The notes under the pieces were generated by a model, which saw only the letters and a list, made by a program, of their open reading frames with translations, was not told the DNA's origin and ran no database searches. A program made the position numbers and the translations under genes. From an uncultured delta proteobacterium (GTDB taxonomy: Bacteria; Myxococcota_A; Polyangia; Polyangiales; B10-G4): a DNA stretch of 64,000 nt. The stretch lies in the NCBI GenBank assembly GCA_963727445.1, contig CAVSGI010000008.1, forward strand, positions 96,001-160,000, written 5' to 3'. Positions within the stretch are counted from its first letter, which is position 1. Each line of letters begins with the position of its first letter. Below, piece by piece: positions 34,114-43,909 of this stretch.

Positions 34114-35151
34114 CTATCTCTGCATGGTGGCGCGGGAGAGCCGCTCGAGAGGCTCCGCCATGCACTCCTGTACCACGGTGTCGAGCGGATCCGAGCCGGG
34201 AGCCAGCTCGAGACGGTGGCCGAAGACGTAGGTGCCGAGGACGTGGATGTCCTCCGCGTTGATGTGATCGCGCACCTGGCTCAAGGCACGTGCCTGAAGC
34301 GCCGGGATCATGAGCACCAGCGCGCGCGTCGACACCCCCTGGAGCACGCGGGGGTCCGAGCGCGTCTTGTTGGCGATATCCACCAGGCACTCGCGGATCG
34401 CGGGATCGACGTAGATGGCGTTTTCCACCACCGCCCGGGCGTCGAGGATCTCGGTGCGGGTGACGCGCGCCAGATCCGCACCGACGCCGTGGCGTCGCTG
34501 CTTGAGGCTGGCGAGCACCTCGAGCTCCGCCTCGCGCGAGATGTGCTTCATCCGGATCTTGAAGAGGAAGCGGTCGAGCTGCGCGCTGGGCAGCGGGAAG
34601 GTACCCGAGAGATCGAGCGGGTTCTGGGTCGCGATGACGAAGAAGAGCGGGTCGAGCGCCCGGGTCCGGTTGTCGACCGTGACCTGCTTCTCACCCATCG
34701 CCTCGAGGAGCGCCGACTGTACCTTCGGCGACGTCCGGTTGATCTCGTCGGCGAGCACGACGTGCGCGAAGACGGGACCCGGCCGAAAGAAGAAGCGGTT
34801 GGTGTTGGGGTCGAAGATCGTCGTGCCCGTGACGTCCGCGGGCAAGAGATCCGGCGTGAACTGGATGCGGCGGATGGTGACGATGTCGTCGTCCGGCAGG
34901 TCGTCGATGATGGAGTCGCCGAGGGCCTTGGCCAGCGTCGTCTTGCCCGAGCCGGGGTAGTCCTCGAGGAGCACGTGGCCATCGGCGAGGATCGCGTTGA
35001 TCACCAACTCGATCACCTCGTCCCGGCCGCGCACGGCCGCCCGCAGCCGGTCTCGAATGCGGGTGACCACGCCGTAGGCCCCGTTGAGATCGTTGATCCG
35101 AGGGGCGGGCTCGTAGGTGATGTGCTCACTCTGTTGGAAGTCGGTTTCCAT
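34114..35151 (-). CDS. MoxR family AAA+ ATPase
   Basis: GHVLLEDYPGSGKT, RIQFTPDLLPAD, LADEINRTSPKVQSALLEAM, ATQNP and AQLDRF. Confidence 0.95.
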   Translation of the reverse strand: METDFQQSEHITYEPAPRINDLNGAYGVVTRIRDRLRAAVRGRDEVIELVINAILADGHVLLEDYPGSGKTTLAKALGDSIIDDLPDDDIVTIRRIQFTPDLLPADVTGTTIFDPNTNRFFFRPGPVFAHVVLADEINRTSPKVQSALLEAMGEKQVTVDNRTRALDPLFFVIATQNPLDLSGTFPLPSAQLDRFLFKIRMKHISREAELEVLASLKQRRHGVGADLARVTRTEILDARAVVENAIYVDPAIRECLVDIANKTRSDPRVLQGVSTRALVLMIPALQARALSQVRDHINAEDIHVLGTYVFGHRLELAPGSDPLDTVVQECMAEPLERLSRATMQR

Positions 35152-35162
35152 TCTGCGCTGTC

Positions 35163-37854
35163 CTATCTGGAGTCCAGGAACGACACGGGATGCAGGACGC
35201 CGAGAAGTCGGCGCCAGAGCTTGATGGTGCTGCGGACCTCTCGCCGCACGGCCCGCCCGAGCTCACGCCAGCTCTTGCGGTCGAGCTCCTCGCGGCTTTC
35301 GGGGTCGGCGGCCGGATTGCCGAGCCGCGCCGCGACGTGGAGGTCCGTCATCTTGGCGAAGGAGGGCGCGACCTTCTCGACGCGCGCGGCGAAGGCTTCT
35401 CTCGTTTCGCCGAACTCTCGACTGAGCCCGACCTCCGCCAATCGGTCGAGGTACGCGCGATAGGCCACACGCGGCAGGCCCTTGTTCGAAGCGAAGAGCG
35501 GGGAGAGCCGCCGCCAGAATCTTGATCAGGTAGAGGATGGTGAGCGCGACGCCGAAGAGGATTAGCGCGATGACCCAGAGCGGCGCCGGCAGCTCGAAAG
35601 GCTCCTGGGGTGGCTCGTCCTGGATTTCGTCCTCGGGGTTCGCGGGATCCTCGCGCGCCATCTCGCCGAGCATGCGCTGCATGTCCTCGTCGAGAGGTTG
35701 CCCCGGATCGTCGAGGTTGCGCTCGGCGGCGATGTCGAGGACCACCCACCCGACGCCCTCGAGGTAGATCTCTGGCCAGGCGTGGGCATCGGCGCTGCGC
35801 ACCAGGATCGAGGAGCCGCCGCGCCGGTTCTCCTCCGGGACCATGTAGCCGGTGCCGACGCGCGCGGGCACACCCGCCGCGCGATAGAGGAAGACTGCGG
35901 TGTGCGCGAAGTGCACGCAGTAGCCGATGCGATTGCCGAAGAGGAAGTCGATGGTCGGGTCCTCCACGCCCGCGTGCCGCTCGCTGGTCGAGTAGATGAG
36001 CTCGCGGTCGAGGTAGAGCTTGGTGGCGAGGGCGCGCGCGAAGGGGTCGTCGGTGAGCGCGGGCGGGATGTCGGACTCGTCCAGGATCTGCGCGGAGAGC
36101 TCCGCGATGCGCGGGTCCGGGTGCTGCGTGAGGTAGAGCTCTCGCACCTCGTCGGACCACTCGGGGTCCCCCGCCGCGCGACCGATGAGCTCGCCGTAGC
36201 CGAGCTGCTGCGCCTGCGAGTCGAACTCGTAGGCGCGCACGAAGCGATCGGGGTTCGGGTTGTCGACGGGCCGGAAGGACGAGGGGGACTCGAGGGCGAA
36301 GGGGTGCTGGTGCTCCACCAGCATGGCGACGCGCCCGCGCACGCGGATCCGCGCATCCTCGGGCGGCCCGTGGACGGTGACGCGCCGCGCGGGGAAGTCC
36401 GAAAGGATGTCGTCGTTGGCCTCCGGGAGCTCCGCGGCGACGAGGCGCGAGCCGTTCCAGAGGCTCCAGGTCTCCTGACGGAAGTAATAGGACTGGGAGG
36501 GCGGCGAGTAGTCGTCATAGAGCACGACCACCGCCATCGGCGCCGGGTTCTGCGACGGGGTGTTGTCGTCCTGCTGCTGCTGCTGTTGCTGCTGCTGTTG
36601 TTGTTGCTGCTGTTGCTGCTGATTCTGGTTCTGGTTCTGGTTCTGGTTCTGCTGATTGGGCGGCACCCAGGCGTCCGGCATCATCGCGTCGAAGGCGCCC
36701 CCACCCGAGTCGCCGGCGTCGCTCGCGCTGCCTCCATCGAGACCGCTGTCCTCGGCCCCGCTGCTGCCGCCATCGGCGCCCGCGTCCGCACCGCCGCTCG
36801 CGCCCCCGTCGGCGCCCGCGTCCGCGCCGCCGCTCGCGCCGCCGTCCGCGCCCGCGTCCGCGCCGCCGCTCACGCCGCCGTCCGCGCCCGCGTCCGCGCC
36901 GCCGCTCACGCCGCCATCGACGCCCGCGTCCGCGCCGCCGCTCGCGCCGCCATCGCCCGCATCGGCGGCGCCGCCGCCCGCGTCGGCGCCCCCGTCGCCC
37001 TGGCCGCCCGCGCCCCCGTCGCGCCCTTCTTCTGGCCGTCCCCCGTCGGCGCCCCCGTCGTGATCCTGACTGCCGTTCGGGTTGTCCGGCGTCTCGTTCG
37101 GCGGCTCGCCCTGCTCTTCGGTGGTGAGGCCGAGCCCGTCTTCGGCCTGTGGCTGCGGCCGGCCCACGACGTCGAGACAGGCCACGGCGAGGAGCGCCAG
37201 GAGCGGCAAGCTCACAAGCGTGGACACCGTGCGCCCGCTCCTGATCTCGAGCACGAGGAGCACCGCGAGGATCACGGCGGCGGCGGCGCCGAGGCTCAGG
37301 AAGATGGTCGCGGGGTCGATCCCCTTTTGCCACGCCCAGTCGCTGATCCACAGGGGGCGCGCGATCACCCCGTCGCGGTGCGCGGCCAGGAGCGCGGCGA
37401 CCGCGACCACCACGGCGCCGAGCTCGACCCCCATCGCCGTCGGGTAGCGGGAGCCGGAGACGCGCAGCGCGCCCACCAGGGCGAACGTCCCGAAGCCCCA
37501 TCTGAGCACCGCGCTCGCGCTGAGCGCGTTCGCCGGCCCCAGCATCCCGGCGAGGGCCTCGGTGCCGGTGGTCGTCCATGCGAGGAGGAAGGCGAAGAGC
37601 CCCACGCCCACGAACGCGCCGATGGCGGCCACGAGCCGCATCCGCGAGCGGCCCAGGAGCTCGCCGAAGATCACGCCCGCGAGGGCGCCGAGGATGGCGG
37701 CCAGGACGCCGCCACTGGTGGTGACGCCCGCGGCGACCGCGGTCGCGGCCAGCGCCATGGCGATCGCGCGGAGCGGATGACGGCCGACCCGAATCAGTCG
37801 GCCGAAGATGCCGTCGTCCGGATAGCGGACTTCCTCTTCGGGGCGACGCTTCAT
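35163..37854 (-). CDS. Membrane transglutaminase-like protein (TgpA-like); one +1 frameshift near 35518
   Basis: About 8 N-terminal TM helices, triad GYCVHFA / HAWPEIY / WVVLD, a C-terminal TM and a DUF4129-like tail (GETREAFA) in the next frame. Confidence 0.85.
36572..36960 (-). repeat. Coding low-complexity block: 36-bp tandem repeats (GGADAGADGGxS) followed by QN and poly-Q codons
   Basis: About 5 near-identical 36-bp units at ~36770-36950, and CAG/CAA plus CAGAAC runs at 36572-36655. Confidence 0.85.
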
Positions 37855-39161
37855 CGCGCCCCCATCGCCGTCTGGTGGGCCGCCGAGAAGACCTGTCCCG
37901 CCATCCGGTCGAGGACGATCACCCGAACGCGCCCGCCCCCGAGCCGGCGCACCACCTCCTGCACTTCTTCGGAGCGGGCGGGACCGACGCCGGCCTCGGG
38001 GCCTGGCGGTGGCTTCGGGGAAAAGAGCATGCGCCGAACGCGCCCGGCGCCGCCCTTCGAGCGATCCACCCCGTCGGTGCACACCACGATCTCCACGTCA
38101 CCGACGTTCATCTTCCCGAGTGAGGCCTTCACGCGATCGATCCACGGCCCGGGCCGACCCGGGACGAAGACAAGCGCGCGCCCCATGCCGCCGGGGGTCG
38201 CGGTCTGCAGGAAGTCGGCGAGGCCGGTGCCGCCGACAGGTTCCGGAGCGTCGCCCGAGCGCGACAAGAGCTCGTGAGCGGAGCGCAGATCCTCCGCGTA
38301 GCCGTCGCATCCGTCGGCCCCCAGCACCCAATCACCCCCGAGCGCCCCGGCGTCCACCGCGACCCGCGCCGCCCCCGCCGCCGGCTCGTCGTCCGGAGCC
38401 GTGACCACGTAGGCGACCGTCTGTCGACTGGGACCGATGGCGCGTTCGGGCGTGCGGATCACCACCTCGCGCGAGCGCGCGAAGACCTTCCACAGGATGA
38501 AGCGGATGGGATCGCCCGCGACGTAGTGACGCATGTCCGCGCGCTCGCCGCCGGCCGGCCCGTCCGGATGGCTGATCTGGTCACCGGCGGCGAGCGACTG
38601 GAGCACCCGCATCTGCTTGAGCCGCCCGGTCGTCGGCAGGAAGCGCAGCGTGCGCTGCTCCACCCGTTCGAAGGAGATGCGCGTGAAGCCGAAGGTGTCT
38701 CCCACTTCGAAGCGGCGACGGATCTCCTCGGCGAGCGTCCGCTTCACCGGGATGACCTCTTCGTGGATCTTCAGCCCACGCCGCGTGAGCTTCACGCGGG
38801 CGCGCGGTGAGGTCCACGCCCAGCCCACCCGCAGGAACGGGACGAACCAGGGGGCGCCGAGAACGAAGCCGGTGCGTCGCGGAAATCCGACCTCGAGGCT
38901 CAGCGTGTCCCCTGCGCTCCGCTTGCGCAGCCTCAGGGACAGGACGATGGCCCCGGCGATCGTGAGCACGAGCGACACCGCGACCAGACCGACGGAGACG
39001 AGGCCCACGACCAACAGGACGAGATCGATCCGTCCGTAGCCGTAGTAGAAGAGCGCGAGAGAGCCGAGGGCCGCCACCAGCACGCCGAGCGGCGTCAGCG
39101 GGAAGAGATCCCGGATGAGGCGGAGCCACGGCAGCACCTTGTCGCGGAGTCGTCTCATCAC
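37851..39161 (-). CDS. DUF58 domain protein (MoxR-associated)
   Basis: Two N-terminal TM helices, GDTFGF and MRHYVAGDPIRFILWKVFAR. Confidence 0.85.
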   Translation of the reverse strand: MMRRLRDKVLPWLRLIRDLFPLTPLGVLVAALGSLALFYYGYGRIDLVLLVVGLVSVGLVAVSLVLTIAGAIVLSLRLRKRSAGDTLSLEVGFPRRTGFVLGAPWFVPFLRVGWAWTSPRARVKLTRRGLKIHEEVIPVKRTLAEEIRRRFEVGDTFGFTRISFERVEQRTLRFLPTTGRLKQMRVLQSLAAGDQISHPDGPAGGERADMRHYVAGDPIRFILWKVFARSREVVIRTPERAIGPSRQTVAYVVTAPDDEPAAGAARVAVDAGALGGDWVLGADGCDGYAEDLRSAHELLSRSGDAPEPVGGTGLADFLQTATPGGMGRALVFVPGRPGPWIDRVKASLGKMNVGDVEIVVCTDGVDRSKGGAGRVRRMLFSPKPPPGPEAGVGPARSEEVQEVVRRLGGGRVRVIVLDRMAGQVFSAAHQTAMGAR

Positions 39162-39165
39162 CGGC

Positions 39166-39816
39166 TCAGAAGAGGGAACAGCCCCGGTGGGTGTCTGGAT
39201 AGAACGGCGGCGGCGTGCTCACCACGTGCGGCGACGGCGGCGCGTCGAGGCAGCGCACACGACGGAAGACCGTGGGATCGTCGACCGCGCGACCACCATC
39301 GTTGTTGACGGACTGGAACTCGAAGATCTCCGGGTCCACCACGCCGGAGAAGTTGTCGAGGTTGTAGCCACCCGGCCCCCAGTTGCAGATCACCTGGTCC
39401 AGTCTCCACTGGCCCACACCGCCGAAGAAGATCCGGCCGTCGGGCGAGATGGTTCCCCGCGCGTCCATCGACACGATCCACTCGCCGCGGCCCGCGCTGC
39501 AGGGCTGCGGCTCCTCGTCCTGGGGGCCCGCATCCCAGCTGTGATTGATGATCGTGCCGACGAGCTCGGAGTCGTTGTCCTCGCTACGGCGGATGTTGAG
39601 CATGAAGATGGTCCAGTCGCCGTAACGCTCGTCGTACTGGTGACTCTTCCACACGCCACTGATCGGGTCCTCGCAACCCTCCGCCGGCGGCGGCAGGCGG
39701 TCGCGCTGTTCCTGGATCGTGGCCGGCGCGCGCGCAGGCACGAAGACGATGGCGAGGAAGCCTCCCGCCACGATCACCCATAGAACAAAGCGCCTTCGCT
39801 TCTGTTTCGCCCCCAC
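39166..39816 (-). CDS. Hypothetical exported protein
   Basis: GTG at 39816 after GGAGG; basic N-terminus plus TM or signal, then a beta-rich domain with several Cys. Confidence 0.65.
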   Translation of the reverse strand: MGAKQKRRRFVLWVIVAGGFLAIVFVPARAPATIQEQRDRLPPPAEGCEDPISGVWKSHQYDERYGDWTIFMLNIRRSEDNDSELVGTIINHSWDAGPQDEEPQPCSAGRGEWIVSMDARGTISPDGRIFFGGVGQWRLDQVICNWGPGGYNLDNFSGVVDPEIFEFQSVNNDGGRAVDDPTVFRRVRCLDAPPSPHVVSTPPPFYPDTHRGCSLF

Positions 39817-39841
39817 GCGCCTCCGAAACGGGCCGCCCCGA

Positions 39842-40279
39842 TCACTCCCCGATGAAGAACTGAGCCACGATGGCCACGACGATGAGCCCGAGAATGACGG
39901 CCACGAAGTAGAGCCCTCCGGACTCCGAGACGTTCTCTCCGTCGGGGCTCGGAATGTTGGCGTCGACCACCACCGGGTCTCCCCCACGCCGCTGCTTGCG
40001 CCGGCCGCGCCCCTTGGGCGCCTTCTTCGGCTTCTTGTCGGAAGACTCGGCTGGCGCAGCCGCCGCCTCCTCCTCCTCGTCGTCCTCGGCCGGCTCCTCG
40101 GAGGACTCCTCCGGCGCTTCGTCGTCGCCGCCGCTCTCGTCGTCCTCGGACGACGCGTCCTCGTCCTCGTCCTCGTCCTGGGCCTCGGCCTCCTCGCCGC
40201 GAGGCGCCTTGCTCTCCGCGACCGCCGCGGCCGAGCGCTTGTGACCCTTCTTCTTGGATCTCGATTTCTTCTTGGCCAT
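39842..40279 (-). CDS. Small, highly charged protein with a C-terminal membrane anchor
   Basis: MAKKKSRSKKK, a D/E-rich middle, a K/R patch and a terminal TM LYFVAVILGLIVVAIVAQFFI. Confidence 0.6.
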   Translation of the reverse strand: MAKKKSRSKKKGHKRSAAAVAESKAPRGEEAEAQDEDEDEDASSEDDESGGDDEAPEESSEEPAEDDEEEEAAAAPAESSDKKPKKAPKGRGRRKQRRGGDPVVVDANIPSPDGENVSESGGLYFVAVILGLIVVAIVAQFFIGE

Positions 40280-40389
40280 TTCCGAAGCGATCCATACCAC
40301 GGAGCGGGGGCCACCGGGGTTCGTACGCGCCTGTTTTCGCGCGATCATCCGCTCGAAATCCCACGGCAGGAGGACTAGTCTCCCGCGCC

Positions 40390-40785
40390 ATGGTCGAGAT
40401 TCTGAACCCGGAAACACTGGCTCCCCCGCGGGGGTACAGCAACGGCGTGGCGCTGGGCCCTGGCCGCATTCTCTTCGTGGCGGGCCAGATCGGCTGGGAT
40501 CGCCGAGGAAAGCTGGTCTCGAGCGAGCTGACGGCTCAGTTTCGTCAGGCGCTTCGCAACGTGGTGGACGTGGTCGAAGCCGGCGGCGGTCGGCCCGAGG
40601 ACATCGGACGGCTCACGATCTACGTGACGGACAAGCAGCGCTACATCGCCGAGGGGAAGTCCATCGGCAACGAGTACCGGACGATCATGGGGAAGCACTT
40701 CCCCGCGATGGCCCTGGTTCAGGTCGCCGACCTCCTCGAGGAAGGCGCGCTCGTAGAGATCGAAGCCACGGCGGTGCTGACGTGA
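40390..40785 (+). CDS. RidA/YjgF family protein
   Basis: PRGYSNG, LFVAGQIG, HFPAMALVQV and LVEIEATA. Confidence 0.92.
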   Translation: MVEILNPETLAPPRGYSNGVALGPGRILFVAGQIGWDRRGKLVSSELTAQFRQALRNVVDVVEAGGGRPEDIGRLTIYVTDKQRYIAEGKSIGNEYRTIMGKHFPAMALVQVADLLEEGALVEIEATAVLT

Positions 40786-41579
40786 CCCTCTCTCCCAAGA
40801 CCTTCCGGTACGAAGTCGATGGTGGCGTCGCCACCATCACCCTCGATCGACCCGAGCGCATCAACGCGCTCACCTTCGACATCTACGGCGAGCTGCGGGA
40901 CACCTTCATCGCGCTCCACGACGAGCGCGAAGTCCGCGCCGTCGTGCTCCGTGGCGAAGGACCGCGCGGCTTCTGCTCGGGCGGCGACGTCGAGGACATC
41001 ATCGGCGCGCTCTTCGAGCGCGACATGCGGGGACTCCTCGAGTTCACGCGGATGACCGGCGCTCTGGTTCACGCCATCCGCACCACCCGTCCGCCGGTGG
41101 TCGCCGCGCTCCACAACGTCGTCTGTGGCGCCGGCGCGGTGATCGCGCTCGCCTGCGACATTCGCATCGGCTCTCCCAGCACCCGCATCGCCTACCTCTT
41201 CCCAAAGGTGGGCCTGTCGGGCGCCGACATGGGCGCTGCGTATCTGCTGCCCCGGATCGTCGGCCTGGGCCGCGCCACCGAGCTCCTGCTCAGCGGCGAC
41301 TTCGTCGACGCCGAGCGGGCGGAGCGCATGGGGCTCTTGAACCAGATCGTCGACGAAGAGGATCTACGCGGCGAGGCCCTGGCCTACGCCAAGCGCCTCG
41401 CTGACGGCCCGGCCTTCGCCCACGCGATGACGAAGAAGATGCTCGAATACGAGGGCAACCTGGACTTCACGGCCGCGATCGAGGCCGAGGCACAGGCACA
41501 GGCGATCTGCATGCAGCACCCCGACTTCCGCGAAGCGTACGAGGCCTGGAAGGAAAAGCGGGCGCCGAGGTTCGAGTGA
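40782..41579 (+). CDS. Enoyl-CoA hydratase / isomerase family protein
   Basis: ATITLDRPERINAL, FCSGGDV, GAGAVIALACDIR and GLSGADMG; the GTG start overlaps the RidA stop. Confidence 0.92.
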   Translation: MTLSPKTFRYEVDGGVATITLDRPERINALTFDIYGELRDTFIALHDEREVRAVVLRGEGPRGFCSGGDVEDIIGALFERDMRGLLEFTRMTGALVHAIRTTRPPVVAALHNVVCGAGAVIALACDIRIGSPSTRIAYLFPKVGLSGADMGAAYLLPRIVGLGRATELLLSGDFVDAERAERMGLLNQIVDEEDLRGEALAYAKRLADGPAFAHAMTKKMLEYEGNLDFTAAIEAEAQAQAICMQHPDFREAYEAWKEKRAPRFE

Positions 41580-42754
41580 AGCTCTCCTCGGACGTGATCG
41601 AGCGCGCCTTCGTTCCGGCCGACGCCGTCGAAGCCGCCTGGGACGCCGCCGATGCCCTGTCAGAGGAGGCGGCGACCATCGAAGAAGGCGCGCGTGGTCC
41701 GTCGGAGGGCCTCCGCGCGCTGGTCGCGAAGTTCGGCGAGGCCGGTCTCCTCGGTCTCGTGGCCAGGCGCGCCGACGGCGGCACCTTCGACGAGGTCCGC
41801 TCGGTCGCGCTCTGCCTCGCCCGCGAGCGCCTGGGCTTTGCGTCGCCTCTCGCCGACCTCGCCTTCACGATGCAGGGTCTCGGCAGCTCGCCCATCACCC
41901 TGCTCGGGAGCGCGGAGCAGCGCGCGCGGTTTCTTCCTGGCGTGGTTCGCGGAAGCGACGTGGCCGCGCTCGCCCTCACCGAGCCCGAAGCGGGGAGCGA
42001 CCTCGGGAACATCCAGACCACCGCGTCGCGTGACGGCGACGCCTACGTCCTCGACGGCGAGAAGGTCTGGATTTCGAACGCGCCCATCGCCGACGTGATC
42101 ACGGTGCTGGCCGCCACCGCGCCGCCCGGCCAGAAGCGCCGCTTCAGCGCCTTCGTGGTGCGCGGTGACGCAGAGGGCCTCGAGAAGGAAGCGCAGCACG
42201 TGCTGGGGGGCCACCCCATCGGGCGCCTGCGATTTCGCGGCGTCCGCGTGAACGCCGCCGACCGGCTGGGCGAAGAGGGCGACGGAATGCGCGCCGCCCT
42301 CGGCACGCTGCACCGCTTTCGAACCACCGTCGGCGCCGCCGCCGTGGGCTTCGCCGCGCGCGCCCTCGCCGAGAGCGTCGCCCACGTGAAGCGCCGGGTG
42401 CAGTTCGGCGCGCCCCTCGCAGCGCTGCAAGCCGTCCAGATGCGCCTCGCGGACATGGCTTGCGACGTGGACGCGAGCCGGCTCCTGGTCTATCGGGCCG
42501 CCGCCCTCGCCGACGCCGCGGCCGCTCGTGACGCGGTCTCGCGCGCCGGCAGCATGGCCAAGCTGGTGGCGACCGAATCGGCGCAGCGGGTCATCGATCA
42601 CGCGGTCCAGCTTCACGGCGGACGCGGCGTCGACGCCACGTCGGTCGTCGGCCGCCTGTACCAGGAGGTTCGCGCGCTCCGCATCTACGAAGGGACCACC
42701 GACGTCCAGAAGATGCTCGTCGCGCGTGCGCTCCTCGGGTCCGGGGACACGTGA
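41576..42754 (+). CDS. Acyl-CoA dehydrogenase family protein
   Basis: ALALTEPEAGSD, GEKVWISN, RVQFGAPL, AVQLHGGRG and RIYEGTTDVQ. Confidence 0.93.
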   Translation: MKLSSDVIERAFVPADAVEAAWDAADALSEEAATIEEGARGPSEGLRALVAKFGEAGLLGLVARRADGGTFDEVRSVALCLARERLGFASPLADLAFTMQGLGSSPITLLGSAEQRARFLPGVVRGSDVAALALTEPEAGSDLGNIQTTASRDGDAYVLDGEKVWISNAPIADVITVLAATAPPGQKRRFSAFVVRGDAEGLEKEAQHVLGGHPIGRLRFRGVRVNAADRLGEEGDGMRAALGTLHRFRTTVGAAAVGFAARALAESVAHVKRRVQFGAPLAALQAVQMRLADMACDVDASRLLVYRAAALADAAAARDAVSRAGSMAKLVATESAQRVIDHAVQLHGGRGVDATSVVGRLYQEVRALRIYEGTTDVQKMLVARALLGSGDT

Positions 42755-43909
42755 GCTGGCTCGACGCGCCGAAGCTGGGTCCCCTGGGCGTGGCTACGCG
42801 TGCGCTCGACCCGGATCTGCGCGAAGGGGCCGACGGGCTCCGCCAGCTGCTGGCGCTCGTCGAAGCGCACTGCGAAACCGAAGAGATCGACGAGGACGCA
42901 GATCGGCGCTTCGTCGAAGGGGCAGGCGCGGCGCTCGGCGCGTTGCTCATCACCCACGTCGGCGACGCCGCTCACGTCGAGCGCGACGGGATGCACCGGC
43001 TGCGCCTCGGTCGCTTCGGTTTCTTCGATCCCTTCGCTGCGATGGAGGCCGTCCTCGACGCTCCCGACCCGCAGCGCGCGCTCGCCGAAGCGGTGCGAGC
43101 GGCCGAAGCGGAGGCGAGCGGCGCGGGCCCCCTGTCGCGGGTGATGGTCAGCCTGGCCGACGCGCTCGAGCGGCGCCGCCCTCCCCTCGCCGTCCGCGAG
43201 CACTTCGAGCGCTACGTGAAGCTCTCGGACGAGACCGAGCTCGAATCTCTCGCGTGTGGTCGACGCCACCCGGGATGGGACGAGCGCGGACGTGGCGCGC
43301 TCGGTGGACAAGCTCCTGAGCTTCCTCGGCGAAGACAGACGCACGGTCGCCTGGGGAGACGCGCGCACGCGCCTCTTGCCGCGCCTGTTGCCGCCGAGCT
43401 TCGAAGCCTCGCTCCCCGACGACTCCCCGCGCCGCGGCACCCTCGCCACACGCCCGGTCTGGCAGGACGTGCGCGTCGCGTTGATCCTCGGCTACGAAGG
43501 CCGCTCGCGCTTCGTCCGCGAAGACGAGCTCGAGGACTGGGCGCAATCCTTCGACGACTGTCTGACGGTCGCCGTCGCCAACCTCGCCGCGCGCTCGACC
43601 ACCGCGCGCTTCGCGCGGATCGAGACCGAGGCGGGCCCGTTGGTGGTAGCGCGCACCGGCGACGGCCTCGACGCCGCACGCCTGTTGCTCCCCGGCCTCC
43701 ACGATGTCCTGTCCGCCGAGCTCGGCTCGCCCTTCCTCGCCTCGGTGCCGCATCGCGACACGCTCCTCGCCGGCCCCACATCACCCGAGGCGCTGGTTCA
43801 GGCGCTCCGGCACAAGACCGCGGACGACGCGGCGCGCGCCCCTCACCGCATCAGCGACGCGCTCTTCCTCGTGAGCCCCGAAGGGCTCAGCGTCGCTGCA
43901 GAATCCTGA
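42751..43909 (+). CDS. Hypothetical protein with a DUF1444-like C-terminal domain; one +1 frameshift near 43245
   Basis: The two frames join as ETELDLSRVVD; C-terminal AVANL...GDGLDAARLLLP...VPHRDTL...HRIS pattern. Confidence 0.6.
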
